Under the pieces are notes generated by a model. That model worked only from the letters and a program-made list of their open reading frames with translations. It was not told where the DNA came from and did no database searches. Positions 48,450 to 57,664 of a DNA stretch of 64,000 nt are shown here, in pieces. Each line of letters starts with the position of its first letter. The first letter of the stretch is position 1. Location of the stretch: positions 581,456-645,455 of the forward strand of contig CAWEQA010000018.1 of assembly GCA_963811095.1 (NCBI GenBank), written 5' to 3'. The stretch is from an uncultured Acidobacteriaceae bacterium. GTDB taxonomy: Bacteria; Acidobacteriota; Terriglobia; Terriglobales; Acidobacteriaceae. The position numbers and the translations under genes are program-made.

Positions 48450-48530
48450 CTTGTCATCTTGAGCAAAGCAAAAGATCTATGCACTGCCATGCCAGTTGCA
48501 CAGGCCCTTCGCTTTGCTCAGGATGACAAG
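48450..48530. repeat. family E palindromic element (20-bp arms), possible bidirectional terminator
   Basis: CTTGTCATCTTGAGCAAAGC at 48450..48469 pairs with GCTTTGCTCAGGATGACAAG at 48511..48530 with one mismatch. Followed by GCTGTTTTAA. Confidence 0.7.
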
Positions 48531-48536
48531 GCTGTT

Positions 48537-49589
48537 TTAAGTGTGGTGGGCTACCGCCGCATCTTCCGCCGGATAATCGAACTGCGCCAGAAACTCGAAG
48601 GCCGGGGGATTTTCCCGCTGCCAGCCAATCGTCCGGCGGATCGCTTCCTCAATCGCCACAGGCTCTTTGTATCCCAGTTCGTGACGGAGGCGCTCCGAAC
48701 TCGCTGTCCAATGCTGGGCCGCATTGCCCGGCTTCAGCAGGTGACGCGGCGTGCGCTCCACCGGCAATAAAACGAACTCCCCATCCCACTTCATCTCGCT
48801 GGCGATTTTCCGTGCCCACTCCAGTTCGCTGAACGACGGTTCCTCGCACACGTTATAGATACGTCCCGCGGCGCGATCGTCCGTGGCGGCCAAGGCGATG
48901 GCAGCCGCCACGTTCTCCACGTACCCTCGGGGCGAGCGCCACGCGGCCAGCATGTCGGAAAAAATGATGTGGCGCCGTCCATCGGCGATGCGCTTCACCA
49001 CGGGATAAAAGCGATGCAGCGGATCCCCAGGGCCGTACACCATCGGCAACCGGAGCACCGTCCCGGGAAGTTCGAGGTCATTCATCACGATGCGCTCTGC
49101 CGGGATCTTGTCGTAGTCGTCCGTCGCCCAGGAGAAAATCTTGCGCATCCCCTGCAAGACTGCGGGGGGGTAGGGATGCAAGCTGCGGCGCAACTCCGAA
49201 TCTTCAGTGAGCGGCACTTCCAGAAGCGGACCATCTTCGGTGCCCTGCGAAATGCCGATCGCGCGGTACACGTCCATGCTGCTCAGCATGACTACGCGCC
49301 GCGCTGCGCCACGGAAGACGTCCATCAGGCGTTCGGCCTGCGGACCCGAACTGAGGACCAGGTCAATGACCAATTCGGGAGCAAATCGCTTCAGTTCCTC
49401 AGCACTTGCATTCAGCTGGTTATGGTCACCTCGGATCTCATCGACCCCGGCGGGCGCGGCCGTCGTGCCCCGATGAAACACCGCAACGGTGTGCCCTTGC
49501 TGCTTTAATGCAGCAACAACAAACCGCCCAATGAAGCCATTTCCACCAATAAGTAGGAGGCGCATAGGTACAGTCAACGCATCACGCAA
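48537..49589 (-). CDS. NAD-dependent epimerase/dehydratase family protein
   Basis: N-terminal LLIGGNGFIGRF Rossmann motif, 350 aa. Confidence 0.8.
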   Translation of the reverse strand: MRDALTVPMRLLLIGGNGFIGRFVVAALKQQGHTVAVFHRGTTAAPAGVDEIRGDHNQLNASAEELKRFAPELVIDLVLSSGPQAERLMDVFRGAARRVVMLSSMDVYRAIGISQGTEDGPLLEVPLTEDSELRRSLHPYPPAVLQGMRKIFSWATDDYDKIPAERIVMNDLELPGTVLRLPMVYGPGDPLHRFYPVVKRIADGRRHIIFSDMLAAWRSPRGYVENVAAAIALAATDDRAAGRIYNVCEEPSFSELEWARKIASEMKWDGEFVLLPVERTPRHLLKPGNAAQHWTASSERLRHELGYKEPVAIEEAIRRTIGWQRENPPAFEFLAQFDYPAEDAAVAHHT

Positions 49590-49676
49590 ACGCGCTTAAT
49601 GCCGAAGTCTTGGGATGAACAGATAGTGGCCCCCGAGAAGCGGCAACTGCGCCCTTGCAAGGCCTTCACTGCCCTT

Positions 49677-49922
49677 CTAGTCACCGTCGCCGGTATCGAC
49701 CGAGACCAGTTCCAGGCTCTGCAGCAGCGGGCTCGAGTCCGCGACGAACTCCACATGCCCGCAGCGCGGACACGACAAAATGGCGTGGCCCGAATTGCCG
49801 GGCGCCAGGCTGGCCTTCATCAACTGATATCTCTGGAGCTTCTGTTCGCAGCGGAGGCAACAGACTGTCTTGCTATAGGGATCGGTAGAGACACCACTCG
49901 GGGTCTCGATGGCTGGTTTCAT
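49677..49922 (-). CDS. small zinc-ribbon protein
   Basis: ATG 49922 inside ORF 49677..50024. CLRC...CPRC pairs. Confidence 0.5.
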   Translation of the reverse strand: MKPAIETPSGVSTDPYSKTVCCLRCEQKLQRYQLMKASLAPGNSGHAILSCPRCGHVEFVADSSPLLQSLELVSVDTGDGD

Positions 49923-50141
49923 ACATTCCCCTGGATCAGGAATTCTGGAGCAGCCAAACCCCGGCTGGCATTCCAGTTTGAGTGGAACGAGTGTAGCACG
50001 GCGGATGCGGCTCTGGCCGCGCAATCACGCCTGCAACCAGTGCGAAATTAGGCTCCCCAAAAACAAATCCCATCACGAACAGATCCAGGTTCGGACTCTG
50101 ATCGCGATGGGATCGTCAAAAAACTGCTCTTTCGAATGCTC

Positions 50142-52064
50142 TTACGGATGCAGGAACCAGGGCGTCGTCGTATCGTCGGTCTTGAAGAAATTCAGGATCT
50201 GCCCAGCCACCTTGAGATCTCCTGCCGGGAACGAGGGATGTGTACCGTCCGATTGCAGGTCCTGGCATGTCCATACAAATCCGTCACTGCGCCCCAGCAA
50301 TCCATTGGCCCAGTAATACGGTCCCCACGACATCCACGGAGCTTTGACCGCTCCCAGCGCGGGGTTGTAATTCAGGTTCGCGTTGCCATTCAGCTGGTCG
50401 TTGATGGCATTCTTCACGGCAAAGCCGGCTTCGTAGGCGTAAGGCTCAGGATCAATCTTTGCCACGCCATTCGAATAGCCCGCATAAATGCGACTGGAGA
50501 AATATACCAGCTTCGCATTGGGGAAGAACGTGTGCACGTTGTTCATCTCGGTTTCATAGTTCCCCTGCATCTGGGTCATGTCGCCCGGAAACGTCCCTTT
50601 CGCGATGCCATTGGTGTCTTCAATCCAAACCGCGACGACCTGCTGTGCGGTCACTCCCTGATCGGGCAGGTAATTGTTCAAAATCGTATTCCAGTACGGC
50701 GAACTGGTCGATGACAGCAGGTTCGGTGTAGCTCCGCCCTGAGCACCCGACACGAACACAAGGGCAGGGTTGATCGCCGGATCGGTTCGCGCGAGTGCCA
50801 GGAACTCGGCAAATTCATCGAGCGCCGTGGATTCTCCCAGCGCCAGCATGACGTCCTTTCCTGTCGGGCTGTAGTTGCCATTGCCATCCAGCGGCACAAT
50901 GGCTTTGGCGAATGCAACGCCGTCGGAATCATGCGAGGCCGGACGCACGTTGCTGCCATTGGGATAAAGGCCACCCTCCTCACCTTGATAGATTCCGGTT
51001 GCAAGGTCAGTGATGGGGACGATGGGCGTCGTCGTGTTTGGAATGTTGTACGAGATGTTGTTGCACACCGCGCCCGTCGTCTTGGCCACCGTCAGGGTAA
51101 ACAGCTTGGTCACATTGAACTTGGCGGAGTCCTTCACTCCAGCGGTAAACGTATAGTTACCGGCGGTCACCGTTGCGGCGACCGTTCCGCTGATCAGGCC
51201 CGCGCTGGAAAGCGTAAGGCCTGCAGGCAACGTGGAACCCGGCTTCAGGCTGAAGGTGTAGGGCGGCGTTCCCGCAGCGGCGAGCAGCGCGGCTTGGTAG
51301 GCCGCGTTCTGAGTTGCCGTGGGCAGCGTCGTAACGTTGAGGAGCGACAAAGAAGTGGCCACCGAGCCGTTGCCGCTCAGATCCACGACTTGCGTCGGAA
51401 CCTGATCGAAAGTGAACGCGATCACCCCGGTCTCCGAGGTGACCATCGTGGGGCTGTAGCCGACGCTGATCGTTTTACTCGAGCCGGCATTGATGGTAAT
51501 GGGCAAACTGACGGGTACGATGGCGAAGGTCGGCGGCGTAATCGTGATTCCCTGCAACTTTACAGCAGCAGTTCCCGTGTTGGAAATCGTGATTAACTGT
51601 GTCGCGCTCGCAGTTCCCTCAGGCTGATTGGGAAAGTTCAACGAAGTTGGACTCGAACTGACCACCGCCTGCGACTGAAGGCCAGTTCCCGTCACAGGCA
51701 CCTGCAACGGATTTCCGGTCTGCTGCGTCAGCGTGTAATCGCAATTGAATTTCTTCGCCACATCCGGGGCAAAGTACATCGAGTAGGTTGTGGTCTTACT
51801 TGGCGCCAGTGTAAACGGCGTTTGGCCTGATGCCAGCTTGAACTCCGGACAATTTAAGGTAATGGCCGTGATCGTGGTGGTCGTCGTACCTGTGTTCCTG
51901 ATCGTAATCGTCTTGGTGGTCGTGCTCATCCCGATGTACGTACTGGTAAATGTCAGAGAGCTCGGGCTAGACGTAATCTGCGCTGAGATGGTAACGAGGA
52001 AAAGCGCGCTGATTAAGAAGGAGTTGGCAAAACATAAACGGACTCGGCGCATGACAGCAGGCAT
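50142..52064 (-). CDS. secreted multidomain protein: Ig-like (choice-of-anchor-D-like) repeats plus C-terminal SGNH/GDSL-like esterase domain
   Basis: Signal peptide. Two repeats of the form SSPSSLTF...ITIRNTG. A putative Ig segment LPTATQNAAY...PPYTFSL. C-terminal LALGEST and DGTHP resemble SGNH blocks I and V. Confidence 0.65.
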   Translation of the reverse strand: MPAVMRRVRLCFANSFLISALFLVTISAQITSSPSSLTFTSTYIGMSTTTKTITIRNTGTTTTTITAITLNCPEFKLASGQTPFTLAPSKTTTYSMYFAPDVAKKFNCDYTLTQQTGNPLQVPVTGTGLQSQAVVSSSPTSLNFPNQPEGTASATQLITISNTGTAAVKLQGITITPPTFAIVPVSLPITINAGSSKTISVGYSPTMVTSETGVIAFTFDQVPTQVVDLSGNGSVATSLSLLNVTTLPTATQNAAYQAALLAAAGTPPYTFSLKPGSTLPAGLTLSSAGLISGTVAATVTAGNYTFTAGVKDSAKFNVTKLFTLTVAKTTGAVCNNISYNIPNTTTPIVPITDLATGIYQGEEGGLYPNGSNVRPASHDSDGVAFAKAIVPLDGNGNYSPTGKDVMLALGESTALDEFAEFLALARTDPAINPALVFVSGAQGGATPNLLSSTSSPYWNTILNNYLPDQGVTAQQVVAVWIEDTNGIAKGTFPGDMTQMQGNYETEMNNVHTFFPNAKLVYFSSRIYAGYSNGVAKIDPEPYAYEAGFAVKNAINDQLNGNANLNYNPALGAVKAPWMSWGPYYWANGLLGRSDGFVWTCQDLQSDGTHPSFPAGDLKVAGQILNFFKTDDTTTPWFLHP

Positions 52065-52367
52065 CGTTCGATCCCTCCGGCAGACTCACAAGCAAAAATG
52101 CACGGGGCAAATCAATTCCCTCGCAGGCAACACGGGCAGTTCACTGTTCAGTTTGAGGTCGTGCAACTTGGGGTGGCGAACTCCTCAAGCACTTCCGGTG
52201 GTCGCGCCATCGGGGGAAAACTGGGGATCCCCCTCACTAGTTAAGGAGAGAAGACCGTTGAGGCATTCTTCGCTGGCCCTCCTGGAGTGTCAAGAATGAA
52301 AGTTCTTGCACACCCTGAGAGTGGTTGGTCGGGAATGGTTCGGGTTGGAGCCGGTCAGAAAGGATCT

Positions 52368-53672
52368 CTACGCGACTTGGCTTTCGCCGTCGTGCAAACT
52401 GATGGGTGGGGTTGCAGGTCTCGCCACGACTTTTTCGGGTTCTCTGGCGAGAAACTCCTTAGGACAAATCAGCGCCAGAACCGGCGTCGTCATAAAGGTT
52501 GTAAACAACGCCATGATGACCATCATCGAAAACAGAGCGGGTGAGATGACACCGATATCGAGGCCGATGTTGAGAATCACCAACTCCATCAGGCCCCGCG
52601 TATTCATGAGCGTGCCCAGCCCGGCCGCTTCCCGCAGAGGGATTCCGGTCAGCCATGACGCTAACGTAGACCCACCTAACTTGCCGACCGTCGCCACCAG
52701 AATAATCAGGCCGCAGTACATCCACATCTCCGGCCCCTTGACTAGGCCGATATTGGTGCGCAATCCGGTGAAGGCAAAAAACAAGGGCAACAGCAGAGTT
52801 ACCGTGATCGTCTCAAAGCGGTCGAGGACGTATCGCACAAAATGTCTTTGCTTCGGCATGATGGCGCCCATGAGGAAGGCGCCGAAGAGCAGATGAATGC
52901 CGAGGTACTCGGTGCAGAGAGCTGAGACCAAGACGAGGAGCAGCATCAGCGCCATCAGGTTCTCGCTGAGCTCGCCCTTTGCTTTGTAGACCCGCTCGTA
53001 GCCGCGCAACAGCCGTCGCACCCCGTAGATCATCACCAGACCAAACACCCCGATGCCGCCAATCGTGATCCAAATGGAGGTGGAAGAGTGGGCCGAGCGG
53101 ATCAGCACGACGATGTACGCCAGAATGCACCAGCCGGTGACATCATCAACTGCGGCGCATGCAATGGCGACCGTTCCCAGCCGACTGCCCAGCATATTTC
53201 GCTCTGCAAGAATTCGTGCCAGCACCGGAAAGGCGGTGATGCTCATGGCCGCACCCATGAACAACGCAAAATTCGTAAAGGCGACGCTGTCATCCGATAG
53301 TCGGGGATAGAGATAAAGGGCAAGGAACGCGGCCAGAACAAACGGAGCGGTGATGCTGACATGACTGGTCAGCACCGCCGCGTGGCCCTGCTTCTTGAGT
53401 TCCCTCGGATTAATTCCCAAGCCCACGAGGAACATGAATATGACAACCCCGACCTGGCTCAATGCGTTCAAGAAACCGAGGCTGGCGGCGGGAAACAGGT
53501 ACGCGGAGGAATGAGGCGCGATCCATCCGAGAAGGGATGGCCCCAGCATAATGCCGGCAAACATTTCACCCACGACACGCGGCTGATGGATCTTGCGGAA
53601 GAGTTCCCCGACCAGTCGGCACACTGCGAGAACAACCGCAATCTGCAGGACGAGCGTAAACAGATTCGGCAT
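52368..53672 (-). CDS. CPA2-family cation:proton antiporter (Kef/NapA-like membrane domain only)
   Basis: 434 aa, about 12 TM helices, typical GPSLLG and AAVDDV motifs. Confidence 0.85.
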   Translation of the reverse strand: MPNLFTLVLQIAVVLAVCRLVGELFRKIHQPRVVGEMFAGIMLGPSLLGWIAPHSSAYLFPAASLGFLNALSQVGVVIFMFLVGLGINPRELKKQGHAAVLTSHVSITAPFVLAAFLALYLYPRLSDDSVAFTNFALFMGAAMSITAFPVLARILAERNMLGSRLGTVAIACAAVDDVTGWCILAYIVVLIRSAHSSTSIWITIGGIGVFGLVMIYGVRRLLRGYERVYKAKGELSENLMALMLLLVLVSALCTEYLGIHLLFGAFLMGAIMPKQRHFVRYVLDRFETITVTLLLPLFFAFTGLRTNIGLVKGPEMWMYCGLIILVATVGKLGGSTLASWLTGIPLREAAGLGTLMNTRGLMELVILNIGLDIGVISPALFSMMVIMALFTTFMTTPVLALICPKEFLAREPEKVVARPATPPISLHDGESQVA

Positions 53673-54166
53673 CAGTGCGCTCCTCCCGCTGAACTCTTCG
53701 GCTGCCTCGTCGCATGAAACTCGACGGGTGTGCAGGATGAGCAGGCGCTCACTATCAGCACCCCGGTCAACGATCTCGGATCGGACTTGGGATCAACCGT
53801 GGCAGTGAGCGCCAATGACCGATCGGCGCAGTCGCTCGAGGAATCGCGCACTGGAACGATCGAGGCCTTCAGGGTCTTGCCATCGAGCGCTCCCGAGGCC
53901 ACGGTCTTCGAGGGGTTGTTGAAGGCCAAGACGAGGTTCTTGCCTGATTGAGAGATCCCCACGGAACTGTTCGAGAGCGACGCCAGCGTCTTAGCGCAGG
54001 ATCCACCCGACAGGCGGCTGGCGTCCGCTTCAATTTTCCAAACGCCATCCACCGAAATCGGCGCCGTCAGGGTGCGACCGGTCCGCAGGACTCCCGCCAG
54101 TCCCAGCAGCGGCAATCCAACGAGCAGAACGTACGCCACTACGAAATTGCGGCTCGTGTGCGACAT
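53672..54166 (-). CDS. membrane-anchored hypothetical protein with four Cys
   Basis: 164 aa, one N-terminal TM helix, beta-rich remainder. Its stop overlaps the antiporter ATG (ATGA at 53672). Confidence 0.55.
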   Translation of the reverse strand: MSHTSRNFVVAYVLLVGLPLLGLAGVLRTGRTLTAPISVDGVWKIEADASRLSGGSCAKTLASLSNSSVGISQSGKNLVLAFNNPSKTVASGALDGKTLKASIVPVRDSSSDCADRSLALTATVDPKSDPRSLTGVLIVSACSSCTPVEFHATRQPKSSAGGAH

Positions 54167-54298
54167 CGTGCCCTCTTTAGCTTTGGAACTGAACCCCGGG
54201 GGAACCAGAATACCGCGTGATAGCTTACACCGAAAACGACGGAAGTCCGATCGTAAAATCGGACTTCCACCACTTTTTTCTGCAATCTCGGCCGGGAA

Positions 54299-55651
54299 CT
54301 ATACCTGCGGCCGGAAAGCATCGGAGGTCAAATTCCCCAGCAGTTTATGCCACGGGTGCTTCTCGTTCTGCTCTACCTTCGAAACCATCTGCTTCATCTT
54401 GGTCAGCACTTCCGGCGCTTCTTCGTCATACACGTCGCCCTGAAGCAGCTTAAGCACGTCCAGCCGGTAGTTCTTGTCGCTGATGAAGTAGGTGAACAAT
54501 ACGTTCAACCGGTAGTACACCGAGATGAACTCGTACCAGTTCTTGGTCCCGCGGCGTAGCTTGGTTTCGTAGTCGACGAAGCTCGCGCGCGAGAAATCAT
54601 TCTTCTCGATGGCCGCAAGAATGTCTTTATGCGCGAACCGCGAGCTGTTGAGCGCGATGCTCACGCCGGTGGAGAAGATCGGATCGACGAAGCGTCCCGC
54701 ATCCCCTACCAGCATGAAGCGGTCTCCGGCCAACTGCTTCATCGCGTAGCTGTAGTCGCCTTCTTCCTTGAAAGGACGAATGCGATCGGACTTCTTCAGC
54801 GTCTCCGCGATCAAAGGCCGGCTGCCCACCGTCTCCCAGAAGAACTTCTCGCGGTCTTCCTTCGACTTAGCGAAGTTCTTCTTCTGCGTGACTACGCCCA
54901 GACTGGTAACCGTGTCTGTGATCGGAATCTGCCAGATCCAGGTGTTCGAGATCGGCAGGAAGTGGATATAGATGTAATCCAGATTTGTATCGCGCTTCGC
55001 GAACACCTTGCGGTCGTAACCGTCGAACCAGGAGTGAATGGCGTACTGGTCGAACACCGTGTCTTTGACCTTCAGCTTGAGCTGGTTGCCGAGGAACGTC
55101 TGGCGGCCGCTGCAGTCCACCACCATCTTGCAGCTGACGCTCATTTCCTTCGGGCCAATATTGAAATAAACTTCCGGATGCTCGGGACCGAAGTCGACGC
55201 GCCCGACCTTGACGCCGTCGTACACCGTTGCGCCCAGCTTCTGCGCGTGCTTCAACAGCATCAGGTCAAACTTGCCGCGGTCTACATGGTAGGTATAGTT
55301 CCGGTCCTCCATACCTTCCTGCTTGCGTTCTTCGAAACGGATGTCGACGTTGTAGTCCGGCGCCAGACCCTCGAGGTCGTGCACATAGCCCGGATTTTCA
55401 TCGTTAGTGGTCCAGACCGCACCGAACTTGTGCGGGAATTTCGCCTCCTCCATCTGCGGGAGGAAGTCGAGATCCTTGAACACACGGGTCGAAGATGGAA
55501 CGAGCGACTCGCCCACGTGCGGGCGCGGGAACAACTCACGTTCGAACACGACGCACTTGACGCCGGCTTTCGCCAGGTAGCACGCCATGCTCGATCCGGC
55601 GGGTCCGCCGCCAATGATGCCTACCTCAAAATCAGGGACTGAATGATTCAT
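54299..55651 (-). CDS. flavin-dependent halogenase-like FAD enzyme (phenol/pyrrole-type), copy 1
   Basis: GIIGGGPAGS (GxGxxG), WIWQIP (WxWxIP), FVDPIFSTG (FxxPxxSxG), HVGESLVP. Confidence 0.75.
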   Translation of the reverse strand: MNHSVPDFEVGIIGGGPAGSSMACYLAKAGVKCVVFERELFPRPHVGESLVPSSTRVFKDLDFLPQMEEAKFPHKFGAVWTTNDENPGYVHDLEGLAPDYNVDIRFEERKQEGMEDRNYTYHVDRGKFDLMLLKHAQKLGATVYDGVKVGRVDFGPEHPEVYFNIGPKEMSVSCKMVVDCSGRQTFLGNQLKLKVKDTVFDQYAIHSWFDGYDRKVFAKRDTNLDYIYIHFLPISNTWIWQIPITDTVTSLGVVTQKKNFAKSKEDREKFFWETVGSRPLIAETLKKSDRIRPFKEEGDYSYAMKQLAGDRFMLVGDAGRFVDPIFSTGVSIALNSSRFAHKDILAAIEKNDFSRASFVDYETKLRRGTKNWYEFISVYYRLNVLFTYFISDKNYRLDVLKLLQGDVYDEEAPEVLTKMKQMVSKVEQNEKHPWHKLLGNLTSDAFRPQV

Positions 55652-55735
55652 ATCTCTGCCTTCTCCCAGTGTCTTTGCTATGCCGCCGAGCCCAGCGGCC
55701 GCGAGCGGCGAGCCGGGCGCGGTTGCCGTTCCTGC

Positions 55736-57100
55736 CTAGGCTGAAGCTTCCACAAACGCATCCGCCGTGAGATCTCCAAGGAAGCCGTGCAGCGCGTGAT
55801 TCGGATCCTTCTCCACCTGCTGCACGATGTTCCGCATGCGGGTCAGAACTGGCGGCTCGGCATCCTCGTATACGTCTCCCTGCAGAAGCTTGAGCACGTC
55901 CAGGCGGTAGCGCGGATCCTGCACGAACGCCGTAAACAACACGTTCAGGCGGTAGTACACGCTGATGAAGTTGTACCAGTTGCGGGTGCCGCGCTTGAGC
56001 GTGGACTCATAGGTCTGGAACGATTCGCGGCTGAAGTTGCCCGTCTCGAGCGCGCCGATGATGTCCTTGTGCGCGAATCGTGAACAATTCAACGCGATGC
56101 TCACGCCCGTGGAAAAGATCGGATCCACAAAACGTCCCGCATCGCCGACCAGAACCAGGCGATCGCCGGCCAGTTGCTTCATGGCGTAGCTGTAGTCGCC
56201 CTCGTCTTTGAACGCGTGCATCTGCTCCGAACCCTGCGCCTTCAGCCCTTCGTACAGTTCGGGCCGGCTCTTAATGCAGTCCCAGAAGAATTTCTCGCGC
56301 GACTCCTTGCTCTTGGCGAAATTCTTCTTCTGCGTGACCACGCCGATGCTGGTGATCGTATCGGTGATCGGAATCTGCCATACCCAGGTGTTCGTGATCG
56401 GCAAGAAGTGGATGAAAATGAAATCGCCCTGCGTCTGCTTGTTGGAAGCCATGCAGCGCCGGTCATACCCGTTGAACCAGGTGTGGATGGCGTACTGGTC
56501 GAAATGGTCGTCCTGAATGCGCCACTTCAGCTGGTTGCCGACCAGAGTCTTGCGCCCGCTGGCGTCGACCACGATGCGGCAGGTCGTACTCATCTCTTTC
56601 TTGCCCATCGTGTATTGCACGGCAGCGCAATTCGGATCGCTGAAATCCACGCGATTGACGCCGATCCCTTCATACACCTTGGCGCCGAACTGGTTGGCGT
56701 GCTGCAGCAGCATCAGGTCAAACTTGCTGCGGTCCACGTGATAGGTATAGTTCTGGCCGACCCCAGGCTGGGTCCGCTCTTCGAAGCGGATATCGACGTG
56801 GCAGTCAGCCGACACGCCGCCGAAATCCATGTTGTACACCTTGGCATCCGAGGCCGCCGTCCAAGCCGCGCCAAACTTGTGCGGAAACTTGGCTTCCTCC
56901 ATCTTGGGCAGGAAGTCGAGATCCTTGAACACCCGAGTCGAGGACGGTACCAGCGACTCTCCCACGTGTGGACGGGGCATCAACTCGCGCTCAAACACCA
57001 CGCAGTTAATGCCAGCTTTGGCCAGGTATGCCGCCATGCTCGAACCTGCAGGGCCGCCTCCAATGATTCCTACTTCAAAATCGGGCACAGAGGATTTCAT
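55736..57100 (-). CDS. flavin-dependent halogenase-like FAD enzyme, copy 2 (tandem paralogue)
   Basis: Same motifs (WVWQIP, FVDPIFSTG). Collinear with copy 1 over its whole length. Confidence 0.75.
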   Translation of the reverse strand: MKSSVPDFEVGIIGGGPAGSSMAAYLAKAGINCVVFERELMPRPHVGESLVPSSTRVFKDLDFLPKMEEAKFPHKFGAAWTAASDAKVYNMDFGGVSADCHVDIRFEERTQPGVGQNYTYHVDRSKFDLMLLQHANQFGAKVYEGIGVNRVDFSDPNCAAVQYTMGKKEMSTTCRIVVDASGRKTLVGNQLKWRIQDDHFDQYAIHTWFNGYDRRCMASNKQTQGDFIFIHFLPITNTWVWQIPITDTITSIGVVTQKKNFAKSKESREKFFWDCIKSRPELYEGLKAQGSEQMHAFKDEGDYSYAMKQLAGDRLVLVGDAGRFVDPIFSTGVSIALNCSRFAHKDIIGALETGNFSRESFQTYESTLKRGTRNWYNFISVYYRLNVLFTAFVQDPRYRLDVLKLLQGDVYEDAEPPVLTRMRNIVQQVEKDPNHALHGFLGDLTADAFVEASA

Positions 57101-57664
57101 ATCTGCTGTCTTCTCCCCAAGATGTTTGCTCGGAATTCGATCATTTCTGTCGGATTGGTTTGTTTTTTCAACTGGATTCTGAGAGACAAAGTCGCCTTCC
57201 CACCTGACGCCAGAACAACACCCAACTCGTGCGGGAGAGAGGCAAGAATGTTACAGAATCGTTTAGAGGGGGAACGCTACTTTTACCGTCGCGCTGTGTT
57301 CCCCTATTTAACCAAAAGTCGGCCGCTTCGCCAAGCATGAAAATATTTGCACATTTACTGATCGTGTCAGCAGTTCCCTGAGGGAGAGCACCATCGAGCC
57401 AGATAGTAACCTGCAGGTAATCTATCAGTTACGGATTGCGGTAAGCGATTGTTTTCAAGGGAATAAGCGAACACGCTTTACTTTGCAGCAAAGAAGCACA
57501 CCGGCTTTTGCCTGCTGCGTAAAACCCTCCGGAAATGTCGGCCCGGATGCGGCGTGGAATCGAGCATTCGACCAGAGTTAGGCATTCATTTGACAGTCCG
57601 CATCGAGCGTGACAACATGGCCGTCACGGAGTACACTTCCCGTCTCCTCCCCCCAACGTTCTCT

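Noticed and set aside
57337-57381. 14-codon mini-ORF MKIFAHLLIVSAVP as a leader peptide.
   Set aside because: It has no RBS and no adjacent attenuator structure. ORFs of this size occur by chance.
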